A stretch of DNA of 64,000 nucleotides from Octopus vulgaris (lineage: Eukaryota): contig OX597817.1 in assembly GCA_951406725.2 (NCBI GenBank), positions 92,504,001 to 92,568,000 of the forward strand, in the 5' to 3' direction. The notes below the pieces were generated by a model that searched no databases, had not been told where the DNA came from, and saw nothing but the letters and a program-made list of their open reading frames with translations. Made by a program: the position numbers and the translations under genes. Positions 40,101 through 53,394 of this stretch are shown piece after piece. The stretch's first letter is position 1; each line of letters opens with the position of its first letter.

Positions 40101-40822
40101 ATTAATCTTCTCCCTTCGCTCATTTGCGCCACATGGGCTCAACTTCCCTCCCTCCTCTCCTCTCTTCATCTCACACCTACTTCCTCTCTTCACTCCTCCC
40201 ACCTCTCCTCTCCCCTCTTGCTCTGACACCTACTTCCTCTTTACCTTCTCCCTTCATCGTTACTCCGTCCATCCACACCCCACACCTACACATCCCACCC
40301 ACCCCGCACATATCCCACCATACCCCCACATCATCACTTTAACCCCACACACCACCCTCACATCCCCACACCCCATCCTTGCATCCCCACACCTCAAACT
40401 TGCATCGCCACATCCCACCACACACTACCACATCACACCATCCGCAAAACTAACACTGACCACTTCCCAGCATCCACACACCCACACATTACGGACGTAC
40501 ACACACGCACACAGCCGCACGTCAAAGTCACCAGCCCCTATTCACACGCACACACTTATACACTCTCACATATACACGCACGCTCACCATCGTTTTGGGA
40601 TCACCAATACTTTATTATCTCCCCTTCTTCCTAGCTCTCCTGTCTAACTACCTCTGTCCAGCCAGCCACCATGATTGACCACTAGCTCCAAAAGATTTTT
40701 TATTCTCTCGCTGTTTATTTCATCGAGTTCCTTTCTGTTGAAGAGCATAAGCTCGAAATGTAAAAGGACTTTCTCACCTACCAAAACGTTAAACTAATAC
40801 ACCTCTCTTCGCCTGGTGTACA
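36915..40822 (+). mobile_element. Near full-length decayed Penelope-like element with inverted 5' pLTR and 3' pLTR
   Basis: KSTDKGGAVVVW, LDIKSLYT, GVAMG.RMGPNYANLFVG, YIDD, and GIY-YIG NVIYYISC.FC..VYIGQ, with frameshifts. 36950-37041 is an inverted homologue of 40728-40822. Confidence 0.92.
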
Positions 40823-40880
40823 CACACACACATATATATATACATATATATACATATACATATATATGCATATATATGTG

Positions 40881-40916
<36 letters not shown>

Positions 40917-40978
40917 TATATATACGCATATATACATACATGTATATATATACATATATATATGTATTATACATACAT

Positions 40979-41079
<101 letters not shown>

Positions 41080-41689
41080 GCTTGCATCTGCCATACTCTG
41101 AACGTTTTGCTTCTCTGGGCATGGACACATAGAAGCTCAGACGTTTGGCAACTGACTTGGTAGACACCCACAAGATTATCCATAATCTTTCCAACAACAA
41201 CCTCGGGTACCTTTTTTGTATTCCATATGACAAACACCCGTGGACATGCTTACAAAATTAAAGACAACACAGCACCCATGACTTTTGGAAACTATTTTTT
41301 CACGCTTGAAATTGTGGAAGCATGGAATAAACTACCCGTATCAGTTGTAAGCTGTTTAGACACTACATTCTTCAAAACTTCCATGCTTCCTGGCATCCAA
41401 CAACAGTACACCTGATGGCTTTTATGCTTTCTTAGTTGTAGTGCACTGAGCACTGTATGCGACAGTTTCTTTCATATATATATCATACATACATACACAT
41501 ATATGTGTGTGAATGAGAGAGAGTTTAGAGGGATATATCATCCGAGTGGATACTGTAGTGGCTCTCAGTTATGTTCCAGATTACAGCTAAGCACATCGAT
41601 CAGTATTTAACGTCTATAACTATTATTAGTTGTCAGTCACTGTAAATTTTGTGTCCACTTCTCTGACTGATAATATTGAATTATAATGA

Positions 41690-43325
41690 TATAGAACATG
41701 GAGACTTGTTCATCCTCAAAATTTATTTCCTCTTATTTTACAATTTTATATAGCATATTATTATGGTCTTTATGACCCACACGTTTTCACTGAACAGATT
41801 ATGGGCAGTTTCAGATGCAACCTGGCACGATTTTTGTTGCAGCTTCTTCATTTGGCTAGTTTTGAAGCGAACTGAGTGGAGTTAGGTTTTTTGTTGGCTA
41901 GGGTTCGGTGGGAGGTGGTGAGGTTGTTCTGAAATTGAAATTCAATCGGTTAGTAGGCTTCTGCAGTTGACCTCGAATTCACACTAGTTACTGTCCAAAG
42001 TCAGGGTTTGGTCTAATTAGGTCACGGTTGATGTTTTGCAGGGTTCCTTGTTTATTGTGGTGGTTGGGTGTGGTGTAGCTTTGATTTCAAGTGTAGTGCT
42101 TGTAGTGTAAAGTCTTTAGCTGTTCATATATTCATTTTCTTGACTGTGTTGTTTATGTTTTGCGGTATACATTGAATTGAGTATATGCTAGGTTTGCTAA
42201 GGAGTACCATGAATTTTGGGGGTTTAAGATATGTTCTTGATTGTAGGTGGAGCATTGGTTATCTAGAACCTTCTTTCAATTTTTTTAAAGTTTTGCTGTG
42301 TTAGTGTGTACGCATCTTAAGGCCTGTTCAAGTCTGATATTAAGTAATGTGTTTCTCGATGTAAATATTTGGTATAATTCTCCTATGCACAAGTCACACC
42401 TTTTCTTTCTGTCTGCTTTGGTTTAGCTGTACTAATTATTTCCCACTCTATAGAATAGTTATGGTTCCTGTCTTTAATTGACCAGATTAGTTTACTTAGG
42501 CTAGTATCCTTTATCTTTCTCTATCTCTAAAAGAACTTAAGTGATTGGCCAGCCTTCTCTTGAAATTAAGAGAACTTGCCCCTATATAGAAGTACGCCCT
42601 TCCCTCAGAAGTGATTTTGCATCTATAGACCAAGTTTTTCTCCAAACATCTTGATTTTAAAGGCATACTGTATCCCTAGAACAGTTGCGGGAACTTAATT
42701 CCTTTTTTCTATTATTTATTGTGTTATGGCTTCCACTAGAAGTCTCTGCTGTCTTCGTTTGTATTGGTCTAGTATCATTTCTAAGCTTCTTATATATATA
42801 GGTGTTTATGTGCTGGCATTTTTAGCAGGTCGCACGTCCTGTCTTGTGGAGATATTGGTATGTATTAGAGTTGTTACCCTTTGACTTCTGGCTCTTAGAT
42901 TACTTCCCACACCCTTATTCAACTGTGTGTTATTTTGGTTTTAGTGCCCTGGTCCCTTATGTAGCTAACTGTTTCTAGTTAGACCAAACCCTGACTTTGG
43001 ACAGCAACTGGTGTGAATTTGAGGTCAACCGCTCAAGCCTACAAACGGATTGAATTTCAGTTTCAAAATAACCCCACCACCTCCCTCCGAACCCTAACAA
43101 AAAAAAACTAACTCCATTCAGTTCACTTCGAAACTAGCTAAATGGTTAGACCCTGAAGAAGCTGCACCAAAAATCATGCCAGGTTGCACCTGCAACTACC
43201 CATAATCTGTGCAATCTGTGCAGTGGAAACATGTGAATCATAAAGATCATAAACAATATACTAAATAAAATTGTAAAATAAGAGGAAATAAATTTTGAGG
43301 ATGAACAAGTTTCCATGTTCTATAT
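41690..43325 (-). mobile_element. Hydra-type PLE endonuclease relic between about 330-bp inverted repeats
   Basis: Minus strand 42305-42680 reads KNLVYRCKITSEGRAYFYIGASSLNFKRRLANH and KRCDLCIGELYQI...LLNIRLEQALRCVH. Arms are about 41690-42020 and 42976-43325. HHR-like CTGAAGA...GAAAC at 43153-43235. Confidence 0.85.
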
Positions 43326-43578
43326 CATTATAATTATTTCTAATACGCACACACACACACACACACACACACGCACGCACACACACATGTAGCATGAACA
43401 GGACCCTAACATGAAGCGTTTATTTACAGAAGACAAGTGAATATATATAGTTACATGTACACGCGCGCTCACACATGAACACATGCATGTACACACGCAC
43501 ACACGTATGATGATTTATCAATCATTTACTGCTTTATCTACATCCTATATTAAATTCATTCATTTCAATATGATACAG

Positions 43579-43707
43579 AAAAGAATCAAACGAATCTGGA
43601 GGACGAGCATACCAGCCTGGAGTTTGCCGTGCATCATTACACTGTGCTGTCAATAATGAGGTAACATGGGGACTTTGGTATTTGGAAGCACATGAGTTAG
43701 GTCATAA
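43579..43707 (+). CDS. ADAMTS-like exon F (zinc-binding motif, first half)
   Basis: tacag acceptor, gtaagt donor. KKESNESGGRAYQPGVCRASLHCAVNNEVTWGLWYLEAHELGH, i.e. G.A...G.C.....C plus AHELGH. Phase 2 to 2. Confidence 0.95.
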
Positions 43708-43798
43708 GTAAGTTCTGACAACTTATATCCATGGCTCAATTATATGTCTGCTATATGCCTACACACACACACACAAACACTATCTGTCTCTCTCTCTC

Positions 43799-43886
<88 letters not shown>

Positions 43887-43894
43887 TGAGTGTG

Positions 43895-43934
<40 letters not shown>

Positions 43935-43942
43935 TGAGTGTG

Positions 43943-43993
<51 letters not shown>

Positions 43994-44263
43994 TTATTTA
44001 TATTTATATATTAATAAACTGTATATTCTGTTTATTTTTTATTTACATATTGGAATAACATTGTCATTGATATAGATAATATAAACCAGTAAATTCTTCG
44101 GATATTTAATATCCCTTAGGTGTATTTTACACCTAGATAAATTGTATATACATACATATATACACAGACACATACACACACACATATATATATATAAGCA
44201 TACGCACATACGCACACACACATATGCATACATACATACATACACACATACATACATAAACAT

Positions 44264-44304
<41 letters not shown>

Positions 44305-45083
44305 CAGGGTGCAGTGAATAAACTATTGTCTAAATTACGCAAAATTGAAAATAAAACTGACATTTTATTTTAAAAGATATATTTACCAAAATTACATAAA
44401 AATAAAATCGCCATTGGCTTTGACCACGGCCTCTAGATGACTTCAGAACTGTCTGCAACTCTTCCGGACAATCTCCTTGTTTAAGTTAGTGAGTGCTGCC
44501 ATAATCCTTGCCTTCAGTTCATTTTTGGTGTTACAAGGAGTTTTGTTGGTCTCTTGCTCAACTGCGCCCCACAAATAATAATCAAGGGATTGCAGTGTGA
44601 GGAGTTAGGAGGCTAGATGTTAGGGGCAATGTGGTCGCTGAAATTGACTGACAGCCATGACTGGTTTCTCCTGCTTGTGTGGCATTGTGCAGAACCCTGT
44701 TGCCAGACATAGGGTCTTTCAGCAGCCACCCTCTTGACCCAGGGCAGCACTGCCTCCCCCAGAAACTTGATGTAGGCCTCCATGTTGAGTCTGAGGTAGT
44801 GTGGGAAGAGGAATGGAGGGATAACGTCACCATCACTAGAGATCCAAACACCATGAGGTTGACTGAATGTTTGACTTTTATCACTCTTAGTAATGTCCTC
44901 AGATTGACACTCAAACACTATGAAATGGTCGTATTGGAATTTCTGGTTGAGTCAGTTGCATCATGGTGCTGTTTTTCTCACAGACGGTGCCCAACTGACC
45001 CTACTATACTGTGTAGTCGACAAAATCAAAGACAAATAATGCGCATGAAAATAAAATGGCGACAATTTACCCATCATACCCTG
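44305..45083 (-). mobile_element. Internally deleted Tc1/mariner (maT/DD37D-like) transposon
   Basis: TA|CAGGGT...ACCCTG|TA termini. YVWQQGSAQCHT (QQDxAPxH) and PPNSSHCNPLDYYLW motifs. Confidence 0.82.
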
Positions 45084-45780
45084 TATATATATTATATGGT
45101 TTTATTTGTTTCAGCTATATGATTGCAGCAATGCTGGAGCACTTACTTTAGTCGAAGAAATCAAACCCAAGACTTATTCTTTGTAAGCCTAGTACTTATT
45201 CTATCGGTTTCTTTTGCCGAGCCGCTAAGTTATGGGGATGTAAACACACCAACATTGGTTGTCAAGTGATGATGGGGGACAAACACAGACACACAAGCAC
45301 ACACACACATAAACATATACGACGGGCTTCTTTCAGTTTCCGTCAACCAAATCCACTCACAAAGCTTGTCCAAGGTGCCACGCAATGGGAGTGGACCCGG
45401 GACCATGTGGTTGGGAAGCAATCTTCTTACTACACAGCCATACATACGCATGTATACATATATATATGTGTGTGTGTGTATGTGTGTGTATGTATATATA
45501 TATATATATATATATACACAAACATACAATTCAAATAACAAATAAAATTAATGGACAACGAGAGGATGTGCACAAGGCATGTACTAGTGTGTTACTTGAT
45601 GAAAAAAGAGTTTGACATTTTGAGCATAGCTCTTTGTTGGAAAGGAAATAGTGAAAAAGAGTAAAGTAAAAAAAAAAGGAAAAGAACTCGCCAACAACAC
45701 GTGTGCGTAGATACATTGCTGAAGTATATATATGTATGTGTGTGTGCGTATGTATGTATGTATATATATATATATATAGG

Positions 45781-46064
45781 AGATGTACTTGCATAGCAAG
45801 TGATTTGATCTGAGATCGTGTGCTGAAACGAAAACAATTGCAGTGTGGAAGGTGTTTGTAAGCCATTTAAGAATTACACAAAAGCCTTTCGATTCACTTC
45901 AACATTTAATTTTAATTTGTCAAAATATTTTCGTCACTTTAAGACCGCGACCTGTTCTTAAAGCGACGAAAATATTTTGACAAATTAAACTTAAATGTTG
46001 AAGTGAATCGAATGACTTTTGTGTGATTCTTAAATGGCTTACAAACACCTTCCACACTGCAATT

Positions 46065-46068
<4 letters not shown>
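45781..46068. repeat. Fold-back copy of the variant-HHR repeat family
   Basis: Arms are about 45831-45943 and 45957-46068. Homologous to 62934-63163 and 47345-47472. Confidence 0.9.
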
Positions 46069-46102
<34 letters not shown>

Positions 46103-46134
46103 CACACAATATAATATATATATATATATATAAA

Positions 46135-46428
46135 AATTAGAAAAAAACACCTTTTATCAATTCAAAATGAACAATTAAATTACACCATCTAGAAAATTAC
46201 ATTTAATAGAAATCTTAAAATTAAAATAACAATAAAATACCGATGATTAAGTAAATTGCAAAAAATAATAAAAACCAATTATATACGTTTTTATAATTTT
46301 TTTTGCAATTTACTTAATCATCGGTATTTTATTATTATTTTAATTTTACTATTTCTATTATATGTAATTTTCTAGATGGTGTAATCTAATTGTTCATTTT
46401 GAATTGATAAAAGGTGTTTTTTCTAATT
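46135..46428. repeat. AT-rich fold-back (about 140-bp arms) between (TA)n tracts
   Basis: 46135-46276 is the approximate reverse complement of 46287-46428. Confidence 0.9.
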
Positions 46429-47111
46429 CATATATATATATAGAGTATCTCATTATCCTCATATTAGTCAGATGTATTGATGTAATATGCAGTTATAAAT
46501 GAGTTACTTATATATATATCTCAAGGCCTCATCAGCGATTATAAAGTACAATTATAAAGGTATAAAATGAAGTACAATTATAAAGGTATGAAATGAAGAT
46601 ATAACGTGCAAATATGAATATTAGAGAAGGTACACATATACAAGAATAAGTTTATATACATATATACATATACATATAAGTGTATACACACCTACATATA
46701 CATATATATAAGTATATACATTATAATATACATACACATAAGGTTACAGTTAATCAAATCTATATACTAGAATATACATACATACATATATCCACATCAA
46801 AGTACACTCTCTCATATTTGTGTATTAATATTTACTGAATCTCAGTTTTTTATGCGCTAAACCACTTGGTGTTAAATTGATGTTATTAAATTAATATCCA
46901 ATTTTTTCACCCTTATTTTGACTTTAATTATAAATTAATATGTTCTCAAACTACTGCGGTAAATTATTTATGCTGTATTTATTTCCGGTAATTTTGGCGC
47001 GCTCGAACGAGGGCATTTGAACAAAACTGCGAATATAATAGGCTGAACTACTCGTGGTTTTAACTTAGTGTTAATATCAGACGTGCAGTTCGACAAATTA
47101 TATTTATGATG

Positions 47112-47190
47112 AATCCTACTGATGATCTGTAGATTTATTGTGTACGTAAAATCGCATAATTTATTAACAGTGAAACAATTGTCTGGGGTT
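47112..47190 (+). ncRNA. Type I hammerhead ribozyme
   Basis: Stem I AATCCTA/TGGGGTT, CTGATGA (47119), stem II CTGT/ACAG, GAAAC-AATT-GTC with palindromic stem III. Confidence 0.8.
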
Positions 47191-47486
47191 AATCTATATT
47201 TTTGTTATTTTTCATTTGTCCTGCTCGCTTACGTTCATAGTTGTGCTAATTTTTCTTGAGAACAATTCTTAGTGGTTGAGACCATAGCGGATCTATTTTT
47301 AGCGTAAGAGCGTCCACATAGTGGATTCTCTCTTATATTTGTATATTTCGTCGCGGTCTTAAAGCGACGAAAATATTTTGAAGTGAATTGAACGGCTTTT
47401 GTGTGTTTCTTAAATGGCTTACAAACACCTTCCACGCTGCAATTGTTTTTGTTTCAGCATACGATCTGAGATATAATGGAGAAATC

Positions 47487-48069
47487 TTGATCAACAACAT
47501 TTGACTTCCATTGATTATTATTTTTTGATAGAAAACATTACTCCATCTAACAGCCGTTTCTGCTTCCAATGTCTTGCAGTGCTGACAAAAAAAAAAAGAA
47601 TCCAGAAAATAATATTCGTCATATTTTATAACACATCTGATCTGGAACATGGAGCTTCATCAGAGTGAAGAAAAGTAGATAAAAGAAAAGAAAAGAAGAG
47701 AAGCCTCGAGAGGAGTAATGAAGGCTTAATATATTTGAATCATACCATTTTGCAGTGTAACGCTTCAGGCCGTGGAGATTTTTCTTAACGGCCTGAAGCG
47801 TTACACTGCAAAATGGTATGATTCAAATATATTAAGCCTTTATTCCTCCTCCTGAGGCTCTTTTTTTCTTTTCTTTTATTGTATATATTCTTCTTCACGC
47901 TGATGAAGCTCCATGTTTCAGTTCAGTGTATTATAAAATATGACGAATATTATTCTCTGAATTTTCTTTGGCAACACTGCAGGACATTGGAAGCAGAAAC
48001 GGCTGTTAGATGGGATAAAGTTTTGTATTAAAAAATAATAATCGATGGTAGTCAATTGTTGTAGATCAA
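47487..48069. repeat. Large fold-back (about 285-bp arms), each arm with a long-stem-II HHR-like motif
   Basis: 47487-47773 pairs with 47788-48069. CTGATGA-AGCT...AAGC-A-GAAAC-GGCT-GTT lies at 47900-48007 (+) and in mirror form at about 47548-47662 (-). Confidence 0.85.
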
Positions 48070-49625
48070 AATTTCTCCATTTTCTGCTTAATTTAAATTT
48101 GATTACTGATAAACTCTTGTATCCTATGGGCATAACATGCTTGCATATGTATGCCCAGAGTTAACATAGATAATTTATACCGGTAGTAAAACGGATATTC
48201 TTACCCCTTAGACAGTTATTTCAACCGCTAACTCTACTAACCTATATGTATATATATATATGTGTGTGTGTGTGTGTGCATGTATGTATATATATATATA
48301 TCACGTGACTGACCAGTCCATCAGATGTAGTTACACATCGCTGGTCACAATGCGTTCGCATTGTTTTAGCCACCCCACTGGCTAAGCGAGTAGGCCAACA
48401 GAAGAAAGAGTGGGAGAAAGAGTACAGCAGGGATGACCACCCCCTGCCGGAGCCTCGTGGAGCTTTTAGGTGTTTTCACTCAATAAACACTCACAACGCC
48501 CGGTCTGGGAATCGAAACCACGATCCTACGACCGCGAGTCCGCTGCCCTAACCACTGGGCCATTGCGCCTCACACACACACACACACACACATATATACA
48601 TATATATACATGTATGTATGTGTGTATATATATATATATGCATGTATGTATGTGTGTATATATATGTATATATGTATATATATTTATATATATATATATA
48701 TGAGGAAAAGAATCTGAAAATGCAGGAGTGTTTTTAAAGTATTCATTAACTTAACCGGTTTCACTTATCTAAATAGATCTTCAAAAGTAAGGTACGAGGC
48801 TTTGTGTATCCTCTGTGATGAATCAAAAAACAGTTTACATTAAAGCATTCCGATCAGGTAATAAAATTTTTTACAATAAGAAGATAAAAATTAGTTTACA
48901 TGAATATATCCAAATTATGTAATAGAGTCTTTGACGAGAAGATATTACAAGTTTGGTTTGTCAATCAGTGGGTGCTAAAGTTTTAGTCTCACTGTGATCA
49001 GAAACCATAATTGTTTGCGCAAAATATACTGTCACGTGATATTAACGCACGGACGTAGCAGGAAACGTACAGAAGGTTCTAAACTTAATCACATGTTTAT
49101 TCTCTACAAATGTTTGACGGGAAACATTCAGAGCATTGATTGTTTAGTACTACCACCAGACTTGTTCAGTCAACCACGTTAGCCTTAACTTACAACGCTA
49201 AACATTGTCACTTGATACTAATACACGGATGTGGCAGAGAACCTACAAAAATTTCTAAGACCAGTCATGTGACTATTGTCTACCAATCAAACCCTATTCA
49301 AAACATACTAATTTGAGCTGTGAACTCCCTATAAAAATAGGGCAAGTTTCAAACACTAGTCAGAAGCAAAACAGCTGTGACATAAGCCACGTCTTTCTAT
49401 TTCAAATTTTTGAAAATCGGTGTAAGCTGTGAAACCGGTTAAATCTTTAAATATAATAATAATAATAAATATTTTAACTTTTATTTTCAACTTTTATTTT
49501 TCCTATATTTCTATCCATGTGGAATAAAATAACCTTGTTTTATATATATATTTATATATCAGAATTGAGGATTTTCCTAAGTATGGCTTTCAGCTGGGTA
49601 GGTGCATAGGCACTTATTAGAGTAG

Positions 49626-50050
49626 CTAACCGCCCACCTTTCGTAGAGTCATTAGACATTCATTTATAGGAACAGGAAGCTCCTCCAACTTCTTAAGGAT
49701 ATCAGATCGAACTTCAAAGCCAACACCAGCCTTTCTGCGCCCCCTCTTCTGCCTCCTCTTCCAAAAAAAGGTGTATTCACCTTCTACTTCCTCGAGATGA
49801 CCATCACCTTCTATACGAGTCCCTGAAAGTTCTGAAACATCAATGTTATAACAGTTCAGCGTGCGAGCAACAAGTGCAGTGCGTCTTTCAGGCCTACAAT
49901 CCCTCTTGCTATCCAACAGAGTGCACATATTCCAACATGAAATGTTCCAAGATCTATCCAGATTTTATAAATAAAAATCTCTTTGTTTTTTTGAGCGCAG
50001 AGTGACCATCTGCCAGTCACACTAAAGTGACTAGCCATAGAAAGACAGGC
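49626..50050 (-). mobile_element. RTE (BovB-like) LINE 5' fragment, AP-endonuclease N-terminus
   Basis: RPERRTALVAR.L..YNIDV..LS.TR..GDG.LEE....YTFFW...GVGF. Confidence 0.85.
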
Positions 50051-51243
50051 AATTTTTTTGATCACCTTTTCTAGAACCTCCCCGGCCTCCGGATGAGCAG
50101 TGTCATCCCTAAATGGAGCTGCTCAGACACACAATTGAATCCTACCGCTGTCTTGGGCAACAAGGAAACGACTTTATATCTAGCATGGGCCGCCTATGTG
50201 CAGGTCGCAGACTACATGCTTCCAACCCATCAAGTCTGCCTGCTTCACCACCATCGACGCAGGACTTCCGAATAAAAATAAAATTAAAATATACTAAAAA
50301 TAAATAAATATATACTAAAAATAAAGATACATATATACTGAAAATAAAATATATATATATATATATATATATATAGGAAAAACAGCAGCACATATCGAGC
50401 AGAGGTCAGCAATGCCCATGCAGAGTTTTAGGTCCAGTAAGGCTTGCACGACAACTCATTGACCCTCTCCACTTTATTGACATTATCTAGAGACAAACCG
50501 GGGCAAGATGTCTAGTGCCAATATGAGTCGCAGGCTCAGTGATGTGGGAGTGCCATGATCTCAGCACAAACCAAAGGTCCCCAAAATATCCAATGCCATT
50601 CCCTGCGTATCTGGTTTTATATCAGAGTGACCTTCTCCTAGAGATAGGCTTCAACGGTCTTTCAGCACGCCGAACACCATCCCGGAATTTTTGTGTACCC
50701 GTGTTATTGCTAGATAGCCGTTGAGCCTGTACTAGGTTCATCCGACCTTTCAACAGGTCTTGCTTTTAATCCTGCTGGGTTTCTAACAACCCTCCTCACC
50801 AGGATAGCCTGGTGAGGGTGCCAGTTTAGTCGCCAACAACCCAACCATGCAACAGGTTGTGCTAGATTCCATGTTACCAGTAGCACTTATGGAAACCTCA
50901 TAAGTGACCTGACACCCCCCACACACAAACGCATATATATATATATATATAATCAAAATAAGCAACAGGATATTAAGAGGTAATGCAGTACGTTTCTAGC
51001 ACGCCCTGCTACCACGTAACAAATATTTGTGATAAAGTACTCGAAATACCTGTTACGTGGTAGCAGGGCGTGCAAGAAATAGCAGCCAAATTTTTCCTTT
51101 TCTGGGGAAAGGAGCCGTTTATGCGTGATTTCGATGTCACATTCGTTGAAAGCGTGCAAAATAACTGGGAAAAGAAAAAAACTCAGACTTTCTTGGTGAC
51201 CCAATGGGTCATGGATAGTCTAGTCTAGTCTAGTTTAGTCTAG

Positions 51244-51277
<34 letters not shown>

Positions 51278-51285
51278 TACACACA

Positions 51286-52490
51286 TTATTCAGTTTTATT
51301 TCAAGATTTCTTGCTAATAGTGAAAGAGACAGTTTCTAACCTAGATCCAAGACTCCTTCACTGGAATTTCAACAACATCAACATGGTATTTTGTATGTAT
51401 ACATGTATGTGTGCAGATTTGTATGTTTTGTCTTATGTATGTATTCTCATGCATATAATTGCATATCTAGACATGCTCATAGATACTTAAATGATAAATG
51501 TCTGGCAAGTTTTACAGATTTTTACTGTTCCAGTGATGGCTTTGTTTTGTAGTTTTCAAATCAGCTTTCTCTTTTCTGGTTTTGAAAAGCCTAATTTCTT
51601 AAGATTGATATTTTGGTAGTGCGTTACATATCTCAGTACCCCAATAATTACAGGTATGAACCTGAATTTGTAATTTGGATAGAGTAGCTGTAGATTCCTC
51701 AATAGTCCAGCATAGATATTTTCATTTTCGCTGATCTTTAGCTTTATGTTAACATCCGCTGGGCAGCTGATTTCAACAACTGTACACAGTTTCTCTTCTT
51801 TATCTCAAATTACTATGTCAGGTCTATTATGTTTACATTTGATTCAGGTTTCCACTGGGACATTCCACCAGTAGTCCTTCTTATTATGAGTGGCTATGGC
51901 CTCTACTGTATAGTAGGTTCTTATGTCTTTGGCCTCTGGGTTATCCTATTGACAGATCTCATTATACAGTGTCCTAGCTACAACATGTCTCATTAGTAGA
52001 TAATACCATGATGACATTTTTGGATAACTGCTTATGATGTGGGTGATATCTTTGGTATGTATGCATGTCATTATTCAGTTTATTTCTAGATTTCTTGCTA
52101 ATAGAGAAAGAATCGATTTCTAACCTAGAACCAAGGAATTTCAACATCAACAACAGGGTAATTTTGTTTGTTTGTATGTATGTATGTATGTATGTATGTA
52201 TGTATGTATGTATGTATGTATGTATGTATGTATGTATGTATGTGTGTATATATGTGTGTATGTATGTATCTATGTATCTATGTATGTGTGTATGTATGTA
52301 TGTATGTATATATGTACAGTTTTGTATGTTTTATGTATGTATTTTCATACATATAGTTGCATATCTAGACATGCTCATTTATATTTAAATGATAAACTCC
52401 TGGACACTTTTATAGATTTTCACAGTTCCAGTGATGGATTGGATCTGTAGACTTCGAATTAGCTTTCTCCTTTCTGGTTTTGTATAAATT
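51286..52490 (-). mobile_element. Second RLE-type LINE family, 3' fragment with duplicated 3' UTR
   Basis: Minus strand about 51600-52050 reads DITHIISSYP, NRPDIVI.DKEEKLCTVVEISCP and FIPVIIG. The 3' UTR 51286-51590 is repeated at 52070-52485 around (TATG)n. Confidence 0.75.
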
Positions 52491-52986
52491 GACAATTTTT
52501 GTTCAGTTTTTAAAGTATGACAGTGGGACATGCACACACACACACACATGCATATGCAACATACATACATACATACATACAAACAAAATTACCCTGTTGT
52601 TGATGTTGAAATTCCTTGGTTCTAGGTTAGAAATTGCTTCCCAACCACATGGTTCCAAGTTCAGTCCCACATGTGAAGTATCTTAGTCAAATGTCTTCTA
52701 CTATAACCTAGAGCCAATCAAAACCTTGTAAATGGATTTGATAGACAGAAACTGAAAGGAGCCTGTTGTATGTGTGTGTTTGTCTTTTTATGTGTGTGTC
52801 ATTGTGTTTGTGTTTGTCCCCCACCACCACTTGACAACTGGTGTTGGTGTATTTATATCTCGCAACTTAGCTGTTCAGAAAGAAGTACCAAGCTTTAAAA
52901 AAAAGTACTGGGTTTGATTCATTTGACTAAAATTCTTCAAGGAAGTGCTTGAGCATGACCACAGTCTAATGACTGAAACAAACAAA

Positions 52987-53037
<51 letters not shown>

Positions 53038-53162
53038 TACATATATATATATATACATATATACATAGACACACACACACATACATATATATATTAATAG
53101 TAATGGTATGACAACAAAAGAGTGAATGAGACCTCGATATTTTGTAAATAGAGGAATTTATG

Positions 53163-53390
53163 TGTAATATAATATGTGACAATTATTCAGTTGTCATAAT
53201 AAAAGTCCAAGTTTCAGATGTCAGGGCAGAAATTTGCTCCGGCATCTCGTCAGTTATTAAGACAATAAAAAAATGGGCATTTTTGTATTGTCTTAATAAC
53301 TGACGAGATGCCGGAGCAAATTTCTGCCCTGACATCTAAAACTTGGACTTTTATTATGACAACTGAATAATTGTCACATATTATATTACA
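53163..53390. repeat. Near-perfect 228-bp palindrome with HHR-like arms
   Basis: The arms are reverse complements with very few mismatches. Each carries CTGACGA-GATG...CATC-T-(G/A)AAAC. Confidence 0.92.
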
Positions 53391-53394
53391 TCAT

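Noticed and set aside
39397-40647. 416-aa ORF as a host gene
   Set aside because: It is a chance join of off-frame PLE sequence, the GIY-YIG relic and a stop-poor CT/CA-rich UTR. The 35547-36371 ORFs have the same explanation.
43661-43666. Earlier splice donor GAG|GTAACA in exon F
   Set aside because: Using it would drop HELGH and break phase with exon G. The gtaagt donor at 43708 fits.
50760-50850. Possible HDV-like ribozyme upstream of the RTE 5' fragment
   Set aside because: A hairpin (CTCACCAGG/CCTGGTGAG) is present, but I could not build the nested double pseudoknot by eye.
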